Shown here one piece after another: positions 7,626 through 13,250 of a stretch of 13,250 nt of DNA; the first letter of the stretch is position 1, and each line of letters begins with the position of its first letter. This DNA is from a virus: UHGV virus genome UHGV-0070257; one strand, 5' to 3'. Below the pieces are notes generated by a model. That model was not told the DNA's origin and made no database searches. It saw only the letters and a list, made by a program, of their open reading frames with translations. A program made the translations under genes and the position numbers.

Positions 7626-7660
7626 GAAACCCAGGAGTGCGCGAACACCCTGGGTTTCTT
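7626..7660. terminator. perfect 10-bp stem-loop (GAAACCCAGG - 13 nt loop - CCTGGGTTTC) with U-rich flanks on both strands; candidate bidirectional terminator/attenuator
   Basis: Read directly: 7626-7635 is the exact reverse complement of 7649-7658. It is followed by TT on the + strand and by ACTGTTTTTAT on the - strand. It lies between the Arc-like gene stop (7618) and the first ATG of the next gene (7692). Confidence 0.45.
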
Positions 7661-7691
7661 ATCGAAGAAATCCTTGGCAGGAAATATCGAC

Positions 7692-8273
7692 ATGAACAGT
7701 GTAACGAAAGAAGAGCTGAACTTCCATGGCATTTCTCTGCAGCCGGCTCCTGATATCGATGGCATCTGGCTGACCGCTAATCAGATTGGTTACGCGCTTC
7801 AATATGCAGACGATAAAGCTGTTCAGCGAATTTTTGCTCGTCATATTGATGAGTTTACAGAAAAAATGACAAGGGTGGTCAAGTTGACCACCCCTGGTGG
7901 GCATCAGGAAACTAGGGTTTTTTCTCTACGTGGCGCACACATGGTCGCTATGTTTGCCAGAACTCCGGTTGCTAAAGAATTCCGACACTGGGTGTTAGAC
8001 ATTCTGGACCGTGAGGTATCTATTAACTTTCCAGTACCGAAGATGCTCAGCGATCGAGAAGTCCACGCCCACAATGCAAACGCAATGTTCGATTATTTCG
8101 AGATTATGTGTGAAGCATGGTTTAACCAGATAGAGCCAGCGTTGAGGGCGATTGAGTCTCCGCTCGCAGGCCGTCTTCACGATCGTTTCAATGATGGGGC
8201 CGCGTTTATGTACATGATTAAGACTCATGCTGAACTACAGCTTCAGGAAGGAGAAAGGCCAAGAATCTACTGA
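7692..8273 (+). CDS. antirepressor-like protein with Bro-N/AntA-type N-terminal domain (193 aa from ATG 7692; alternative GTG start 7605 gives 222 aa)
   Basis: Segment NFHGISLQPAPDIDGIWLTANQIGYALQYADDKAVQRIFARHIDE...PGGHQETRVFSLRGAHMVAMFARTPVAKEFRHWVLDIL fits the phage antirepressor N-terminal domain pattern (F.F...GE.W..A..I...L... ending F..WV). Family call is pattern-based, not searched. Start is ambiguous: GTG 7605 has a G-rich SD but puts the 10-bp hairpin inside the ORF. Confidence 0.6.
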   Translation: MNSVTKEELNFHGISLQPAPDIDGIWLTANQIGYALQYADDKAVQRIFARHIDEFTEKMTRVVKLTTPGGHQETRVFSLRGAHMVAMFARTPVAKEFRHWVLDILDREVSINFPVPKMLSDREVHAHNANAMFDYFEIMCEAWFNQIEPALRAIESPLAGRLHDRFNDGAAFMYMIKTHAELQLQEGERPRIY

Positions 8274-8296
8274 ATTTGCAATGCTGCAAATAGAAA

Positions 8297-8320
8297 AGCC
8301 GATAGTTAGGGCTATCGGCT
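8297..8320. repeat. perfect 9-bp inverted repeat AGCCGATAG-TTAGGG-CTATCGGCT between the two antirepressor-like genes
   Basis: Read directly. No T-tract follows, so it is more likely a protein-binding palindrome or RNA processing/stability hairpin than an intrinsic terminator. Confidence 0.4.
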
Positions 8321-8350
8321 ATCCATAAATCTGTCATAAGGGTCCAACCA

Positions 8351-9094
8351 ATGACTTCATTAAATTTAGCAGTAAATAGCGCTAATGTCACCGAGAAAAC
8401 CATTGATAGCCAGTACTTGCTGGAGATGGTGAATGCTGCGCGAAAGCAATGCGGTGAGCCGGCTGTCCGAAATAACAAGTTCATTGAGAAGGTTGTTGAT
8501 GAGCTTGAAGGGGAGACCTACACAAAAAGTGTAGGTCGTAAAAATGGTCAAGACATTGAAGTAATTACAATGTCTATCAAGCAAGCCCTCCGAGTAGCCG
8601 CTCGTGAATCGAAAGCCGTTCGACGTTCTCTGGTTGATAAGCTGGAAGATATGCAGGTATTACCAGCGATGCCAAAAAGCAACACAGGTATCACTGAGTA
8701 CCGATTGGCTAAGGCAGAACAGTTGAAAGCCCAGGCATTGGAGAAGAATATCGCGAGCGCGCGGGAAATCATTACTCTGCTTCCTAGATTGGATCCGATG
8801 GCACATCAGGTGCTCACGGCATCGTTGATTAATCCGCTTATTGGTTATGACGCCATCCCGTTACCTGTTATCGAGGAGCATTACCACACTGCGAGTGAGG
8901 TGGGGGAGATGCTGGGGGTTTCTGCTCAGAAAATTGGACGCGTTGCTAACACACACAAGCTGAAGACAGAAGCGCATGGCAAGTTCTTTCTGGACAAGTC
9001 GGCCTACTCAAGTAAACAGGTTGAAGCGTTCCGGTACAACACTAACGGAATTGATGCGTTGCGCCATCTGATTCATGGTGCTGATGTGGCATAA
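8351..9094 (+). CDS. phage antirepressor/regulatory protein, Rha-like N-terminal region and KilAC-like C-terminal domain (247 aa)
   Basis: RBS AAGGG. N-terminal TIDSQYLLEMVNAARKQCGEPAVRNNKFIEKVVDEL resembles the Rha-family pattern. C-terminal HYHTASEVGEMLGVSAQKIGRVANTHKLKTEAHGKFFLDKSAYSSKQVEAFRYNTNGIDAL resembles the Ant/KilAC C-terminal domain. Pattern-based assignment. Confidence 0.6.
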   Translation: MTSLNLAVNSANVTEKTIDSQYLLEMVNAARKQCGEPAVRNNKFIEKVVDELEGETYTKSVGRKNGQDIEVITMSIKQALRVAARESKAVRRSLVDKLEDMQVLPAMPKSNTGITEYRLAKAEQLKAQALEKNIASAREIITLLPRLDPMAHQVLTASLINPLIGYDAIPLPVIEEHYHTASEVGEMLGVSAQKIGRVANTHKLKTEAHGKFFLDKSAYSSKQVEAFRYNTNGIDALRHLIHGADVA

Positions 9095-9127
9095 ATTTCA
9101 AAGCAGTTAAAATGTTTTTGCTATCCC

Positions 9128-9155
9128 AACCCGCTTAACTGCGGGTTTTGTCGTT
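9128..9155 (+). terminator. intrinsic terminator candidate (AACCCGC-TTAACT-GCGGGTT then TTGTCGTT)
   Basis: 7-bp stem and 6-nt loop followed by a T-rich run, 34 nt after the stop of the 8351..9094 gene. Confidence 0.5.
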
Positions 9156-9204
9156 ACCGGATCCCTGCTACTCTTTTGGCAAATTAATCAAAGGTGATAG
9201 GGAT

Positions 9205-9630
9205 ATGAAAAAGACTTTGCTGCTTCTAATTGCGCTTAGCGTTGCTGGGTGTTCAACCACGGCGGTGAATTCTACCGTTGCAAAACAAGTACCATCTGAA
9301 CGTGTATTGCTGAAGGGGGCTGGTGACTCGGTGATAACAATTACACGAGATCAAGGATGGTTTGCTGGTGGTGGATGCTTTGTAGAAGTAACTATTGATG
9401 GAAAATCCTATGCAAGAATTGATACGGGAGAAACGATCGATATCAATGTTACATCCGGCCGACATATTCTAGGAATATCTGGCGATTCAAAAGGTAAAGG
9501 ATTATGTGGAATGCAGGTCGGACAACCACTCAAAGAGACTGCCACGCAGATCAATGCTCGTGAACATCAAAAATTCCGCATCACCGGAGATACTAATTCC
9601 GGACTTGATATCAGAGCATCAACCATATAG
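9205..9630 (+). CDS. predicted outer-membrane lipoprotein (141 aa precursor), function unknown; candidate superinfection-exclusion or host-interaction moron
   Basis: ATG 9205 with SD AGGTGA upstream. Signal peptide MKKTLLLLIALSVAGC with lipobox L-S-V-A-G-C and Ser at +2 (no Lol-avoidance Asp). Two further Cys in the mature part. The track start 9148 is a TTG upstream of the signal peptide and is rejected. Confidence 0.75.
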   Translation: MKKTLLLLIALSVAGCSTTAVNSTVAKQVPSERVLLKGAGDSVITITRDQGWFAGGGCFVEVTIDGKSYARIDTGETIDINVTSGRHILGISGDSKGKGLCGMQVGQPLKETATQINAREHQKFRITGDTNSGLDIRASTI

Positions 9631-9650
9631 TTCGAGTCATTTTATAAATG

Positions 9651-9675
9651 GCCACCTCCGGGTGGCTTTTTTATT
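9651..9675 (+). terminator. intrinsic terminator (GCCACC-TCCG-GGTGGC then TTTTTTATT)
   Basis: Perfect 6-bp GC-rich stem, tetraloop and T-tract, 20 nt after the lipoprotein stop and immediately before the gene I RBS. Confidence 0.75.
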
Positions 9676-9685
9676 GGAGAAGAGT

Positions 9686-10276
9686 ATGCAGCAAGAAGTT
9701 ATGACCCAAATTGAACTGAGCGGGATTCTTGGCAAAACCTTTGGTAAGACGCATCATCGTTTAATTAGCTCAACCCGAGAAGCCTGTCGAGCGCTAGCTG
9801 CAACAGTGAAAGGGTTTGAGGCCTTCATGAATTCAAGTAAACAGCGCGGTCTGACATATGCAGTTTTTCGAGGAAAGAAAAATATTGGGGAAGATGATTT
9901 AGGCTTTCCGGCGACAGGTGAAGTGATCCGGATCGTGCCAGTAGTTATTGGTAGTAAAAAAGCTGGCCTGTTACAAACCATATTAGGTGCCGTCCTTGTT
10001 GTAGCTGGCTACGCTTTGTCAGGTTTTACTGGCGGTGCAAGTATGGCATTGGTCGCACCCGGTGTTGCATTAATGGCTGGAGGCGTAATCCAAATGCTTT
10101 CGCCACAGCCAGCAGGACTTGCCAGCAAACAGGATGCCGAAAATCGGGCTTCGTATGCATTCGGTGGTGTAACTAACACTGCTGCTCAGGGTAATCCAGT
10201 TCCGCTTCTATACGGACGCAGGCGTATTGGCGGGGCGATCATCTCTGCTGGTATATACGTCGAAGACCAGCAATAA
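9686..10276 (+). CDS. I: tail assembly protein, lambda I-like (196 aa)
   Basis: SD GGAGAAG then ATG 9686. Translation ...GEVIRIVPVVIGSKKAGLLQTILGAVLVVAGY...GGVIQMLSPQP...GNPVPLLYGRRRIGGAIISAGI parallels lambda gpI as recalled (...IHIVPRVAGAKSGGVFQIVLGAA...GGVAQMLAPK...QGNVLPVLYGEMRVGSRVVSQEI). The track start 9506 overlaps the lipoprotein gene and the terminator and is rejected. Confidence 0.85.
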   Translation: MQQEVMTQIELSGILGKTFGKTHHRLISSTREACRALAATVKGFEAFMNSSKQRGLTYAVFRGKKNIGEDDLGFPATGEVIRIVPVVIGSKKAGLLQTILGAVLVVAGYALSGFTGGASMALVAPGVALMAGGVIQMLSPQPAGLASKQDAENRASYAFGGVTNTAAQGNPVPLLYGRRRIGGAIISAGIYVEDQQ

Positions 10277-10296
10277 CAAAATAATCTTCCTTTCAG

Positions 10297-10320
10297 GCTA
10301 CCTTATGGTGGCTTTTTTTA
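10297..10320 (+). terminator. terminator-like hairpin (GCTACC-TTAT-GGTGGC, one G-U pair, then TTTTTTTA) between I and J
   Basis: Its 3' arm plus T-tract (GGTGGCTTTTTTT) nearly duplicates that of the 9651-9675 terminator. Confidence 0.4.
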
Positions 10321-10330
10321 TGGGCGCAAT

Positions 10331-13250
10331 ATGGCTACAGCAATCCCGATTAAAGGCCGCAAGGGCGGCAGTTCCAGTTCACGAACCCCTACCGAACAGC
10401 CTGATGATCTGCAATCTGTAGCGAAGGCCAAAATCCTCGTTGCGCTTGGGGAAGGGGAATTTGCAGGGCAATTAACCGGAAAAAATATCTACCTGGACGG
10501 CACGGCGTTGGAAAACTCCGATGGCACCAAAAACTTTAGCGGCGTGACGTGGGAATTTCGCGCGGGAACTCAGGCACAAAATTACATTCAGGGCATTCCC
10601 GGTACCGAAAACGAAATCAACGTTGGAACTGAAGTATCAAGCGCAACAGCCTGGACGCGTACTTTCACCAACACCCAACTATCAGCCGTTCGCCTGCGAC
10701 TGAAATGGCCTTCTCTGTTTAAGCAGGAGGACAACGGCGATCTGGTAGGGTATTCCATCAATTATGCAATAGACCTGCAAACTGATGGTGGGACCTGGCA
10801 AACCGTTCTTAATACCAGCGTAACCGGCAAAACGACGTCTGGTTATGAGCGCAGCCACCGTATTGATTTACCGCAGGCTGGCAGCACCTGGACAATCCGA
10901 CTGCGTAAGATTAACGCTGACGCAAACAGCGCCAAGATCGGCGACACGATGACGCTGCAAAGCTTCACGGAGGTGATTGATGCCAAGTTGCGCTATCCGA
11001 ACACCGCGCTGCTGTACATCGAATTCGACTCAAGTCAGTTCAATGGTTCGATTCCACAGATATCCTGTGAACCACGTGGCCGGGTGATCCGAGTGCCTGA
11101 TAACTATGACCCCGATACGCGGACTTATAGTGGTACATGGCAGGGCGCGTTTAAGTGGGCCTGGACCGATAACCCGGCGTGGATATTTTACGATCTGGTT
11201 ATTACCGATCGCTTTGGTCTGGGTAATCGCCTGAGTGCAGCCAACATCGATAAATGGACGTTGTACCAGGTATCGCAGTATTGCGATCAGCCGGTACCGG
11301 ATGGAAAGGGTGGAAGCGGGACAGAGCCACGCTATACCTGTAACGTCTATGTTCAGGACAGGAATGACGCTTACACTGTGCTGCGTGACTTTGCGGCTAT
11401 ATTCCGGGGTATGACGTACTGGGGCGGTGATCAGATTGTTGCGCTTGCCGATATGCCGAGAGATGTGGATTACGCTTACACCCGCGCTAACGTTATCGAC
11501 GGACGCTTTACCTATTCCAGCAGCACGACAAAAACGCGGTATACCACCGCGCTGGTTTCCTGGTCTGATCCGGGTAACGCTTATGCGGATGCGATGGAGC
11601 CAGTATTTGAGCAGCCTCTGGTGGCCCGGTACGGATTTAATCAGCTGGAAATGACAGCCATCGGTTGTACCCGTCAATCAGAAGCGAACCGAAAGGGGCG
11701 CTGGGGTATTCTCACCAACAATAAGGATCGTGTTGTTTCGTTTGATGTTGGCCTGGACGGAAACATTCCGCAGCCGGGATACATCATCGCCGTGTCAGAC
11801 GAGCTTCTGTCCGGCAAAGTTATGGGTGGCCGCATCAGTGCTGTTAACGGTCGCGTGATAAAACTTGACCGCGTAGTTGATGCAGCAGCAGGCGATCGCC
11901 TTATTATCAATCTTCCCTCCGGTGCGTCACAGAGCAGGACTATTCAGGCGATTAATGGGGAATCAGTCACAGTCACCACGGCATACAGTGAGACACCACA
12001 GGCCGAAGCTGTATGGGTGGTTGAGTCAGATGAACTCTACGCCCAGCAGTATCGAGTTGTCAGCGTCTCCGATAATGATGATGGCACTTTCTCTATTACC
12101 GGCGCATGGCATGACCCGGATAAATATGCCCGTATCGATACCGGAGCCATCATTGACCAGCGGCCCGTGAGTGTAATCCCGCCTGGTAACCAGTCGCCGC
12201 CGGCTAACATTGTGATCAGCTCGTTTTCAGTGGTGCAGCAGAATATCAGCGTCGAAACCATGCGTGTGAGCTGGGACCAGGCGCAGAATGCTATCGCCTA
12301 CGAGGCACAGTGGCGCCGCAATGATGGTAACTGGGTAAACGTGCCGCGCAGCTCCACCACCTCATTTGATGTATCGGGTATTTATGCCGGGCGCTACCTC
12401 GTGCGTGTGCGTGCCATTAATGCCGCTGAAATTTCCTCTGGCTGGGGCTACTCCGAAGAGAAAACGCTGACGGGCAAGGTGGGAAATCCACCGAAACCTG
12501 TCGGCTTTGCGACAACGCCGATCAACTGGGGGATTCGCCTGAACTGGGGATTCCCGGCTAACACCGGGGATACGCTGAAAACGGAAATTCAGTACACCGC
12601 GAACAGTGATTTCTCTAATCCTCTATTGCTGTCGGATGTGCCTTATCCGTCAGCCGAATACACCCAACTGGGACTGAAGGCGGGACAGGAGTTCTGGTAC
12701 CGCGCGCAGCTGGTTGACAGAACGGGTAATGAATCAGGCTGGACCGACTGGGTTCGTGGTGTATCCAACGCGAATGCTGACGACTACCTGGGCGATATTG
12801 CTGATGACTTCCTGACGTCTGCAGACGGTGACCGCCTGACAGGCGACATTGATACCAACCTCGAAGCCGCATGGCAGAACGCGCTGGCCAACCATGCAAC
12901 CGTGGAACATCAGTGGGCGCAGTACGGCGAGGTACGCGCGGATATTCTGGTGGTTAAAACGACCATTGCGCAGGTCGATAAGGCCATGGCTGAAATGTCG
13001 ACGCAGGTGAAGGCGCAGTTCAATAATGTAACTGCCGCACTGGAGGACAAGCTTACTGCCGTGGTTGATGCTACCGGAGCCTCTGCGATTTACACCCTCA
13101 AAACTGGGGTCCGGATTAACGGTGTGATGTATAACGCCGGAATGTCGATTGCGGTGCTGGCGGAGGCGGGTAAGCCGGTAGTCACTCGTGTCGGATTTAA
13201 CGCCAATCAGTTCGTCCTGATGAGTGGCAGCGGTGATACGCAATATTCAC
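10331..13250 (+). CDS. J: host-specificity / central tail fibre protein, lambda J-like, N-terminal about 973 codons (3' end beyond window)
   Basis: ATG 10331 opens a frame with no stop to the window edge; it is absent from the ORF track because it has no stop in the window. Hand translation MATAIPIKGRKGGSSSSRTP...RYPNTALLYIEFDSSQFNGSIP...RVPDNYDPDTRTYSGTWQG...YCDQPVPDGKGGSGTEPRYTCNVY... parallels lambda gpJ as recalled. Fibronectin-III-like repeats at about 12180-12770 (...RVSWDQAQNAIAYEAQWRRNDGNWVNV...YLVRVRAINAAEISSGW...). Confidence 0.9.
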   Translation, partial: MATAIPIKGRKGGSSSSRTPTEQPDDLQSVAKAKILVALGEGEFAGQLTGKNIYLDGTALENSDGTKNFSGVTWEFRAGTQAQNYIQGIPGTENEINVGTEVSSATAWTRTFTNTQLSAVRLRLKWPSLFKQEDNGDLVGYSINYAIDLQTDGGTWQTVLNTSVTGKTTSGYERSHRIDLPQAGSTWTIRLRKINADANSAKIGDTMTLQSFTEVIDAKLRYPNTALLYIEFDSSQFNGSIPQISCEPRGRVIRVPDNYDPDTRTYSGTWQGAFKWAWTDNPAWIFYDLVITDRFGLGNRLSAANIDKWTLYQVSQYCDQPVPDGKGGSGTEPRYTCNVYVQDRNDAYTVLRDFAAIFRGMTYWGGDQIVALADMPRDVDYAYTRANVIDGRFTYSSSTTKTRYTTALVSWSDPGNAYADAMEPVFEQPLVARYGFNQLEMTAIGCTRQSEANRKGRWGILTNNKDRVVSFDVGLDGNIPQPGYIIAVSDELLSGKVMGGRISAVNGRVIKLDRVVDAAAGDRLIINLPSGASQSRTIQAINGESVTVTTAYSETPQAEAVWVVESDELYAQQYRVVSVSDNDDGTFSITGAWHDPDKYARIDTGAIIDQRPVSVIPPGNQSPPANIVISSFSVVQQNISVETMRVSWDQAQNAIAYEAQWRRNDGNWVNVPRSSTTSFDVSGIYAGRYLVRVRAINAAEISSGWGYSEEKTLTGKVGNPPKPVGFATTPINWGIRLNWGFPANTGDTLKTEIQYTANSDFSNPLLLSDVPYPSAEYTQLGLKAGQEFWYRAQLVDRTGNESGWTDWVRGVSNANADDYLGDIADDFLTSADGDRLTGDIDTNLEAAWQNALANHATVEHQWAQYGEVRADILVVKTTIAQVDKAMAEMSTQVKAQFNNVTAALEDKLTAVVDATGASAIYTLKTGVRINGVMYNAGMSIAVLAEAGKPVVTRVGFNANQFVLMSGSGDTQYS

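Larger units (their letters stand above)
6882..9685. other. accessory (moron) island between tail genes K and I: divergent RHH regulators, two antirepressor-like genes, a lipoprotein gene and terminators
   Basis: Lambda K and I are adjacent; here about 2.8 kb intervenes. None of the products resembles a tail component. The island contains the only minus-strand gene of the window and its own promoter/operator and terminator signals. It looks more AT-rich than Z-K by eye (not computed). Confidence 0.75.

Noticed and set aside
7692-7780. Minus-strand promoter for a sar-like antisense RNA just inside the first antirepressor-like gene
   Set aside because: Only weak hexamers (for example GATATC) were found. 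The antisense RNA idea is kept as a hypothesis tied to the hairpin, but no promoter is annotated.
9148-9204. Track start 9148 for the lipoprotein ORF, and a TTGGCA hexamer at 9176-9181 as its promoter
   Set aside because: 9148 is a TTG codon inside the upstream terminator T-tract, and a signal peptide starts at ATG 9205. TTGGCA has no usable -10 at 16-18 bp, and a start there would leave no leader for the RBS.
9506-9685. N-terminal 60 codons of track ORF 9506..10276
   Set aside because: Overlaps the 3' end of the lipoprotein gene and runs through the 9651-9675 terminator. Homology to lambda gpI begins after ATG 9686, which has its own SD.
6882-9685. Enzymatic defence system (nuclease, ATPase or methyltransferase) in the island
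   Set aside because: No Walker A/B, PD-(D/E)xK, HNH or SAM-binding motifs were recognisable in any island product. The GDSKGKG stretch in the lipoprotein does not fit GxxxxGK[ST].
10227-10421. Small ORF 10227..10421
   Set aside because: Spans the I stop, the intergenic hairpin and the J start in a different frame; artefact.
11030-13243. Long minus-strand ORFs (11030..11677, 11674..11910, 12037..12261, 12615..12899, 12734..13243)
   Set aside because: They lie antisense to the uninterrupted J reading frame, have no RBS or recognisable motifs, and are the usual stop-poor shadows of GC-rich coding sequence.
1-13250. CRISPR arrays, tRNA/rRNA genes, IS elements, integrase or att sites
   Set aside because: No spaced direct repeats, cloverleaf-compatible segments, transposase-like ORFs or terminal inverted repeats were found. 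The window is the interior of the late operon.

Overview
This window is the tail-morphogenesis operon of a lambda-like (lambdoid siphovirus) phage or prophage from an enterobacterial host, all on the + strand in canonical lambda order: FII (3' end only) - Z - U - V - G/G-T (-1 frameshift) - H (tape measure) - M - L - K - [about 2.8 kb accessory island] - I - J (5' part, runs off the window). Assignments rest on hand translation, gene order and size, and motifs recalled from lambda proteins; no database search was run. The notable part is the island at about 6882-9685, where lambda has K and I directly adjacent. It carries a leftward Arc/Mnt-type ribbon-helix-helix (RHH) gene with an unexplained C-terminal extension, a divergent control region with paired inverted operator-like boxes overlapping back-to-back promoters, a rightward small Arc-like RHH gene, a perfect 10-bp hairpin, two antirepressor-like genes, an outer-membrane lipoprotein gene and intrinsic terminators. 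This resembles the P22 immI (mnt/arc/ant) logic, but sits inside a siphovirus tail cluster with extra cargo next to the host-specificity genes. It is the best candidate here for an undescribed anti-immunity or superinfection-exclusion module. No rRNA, tRNA, CRISPR array, IS element or integrase was seen. The long minus-strand ORFs in the track are antisense shadows of GC-rich coding sequence.
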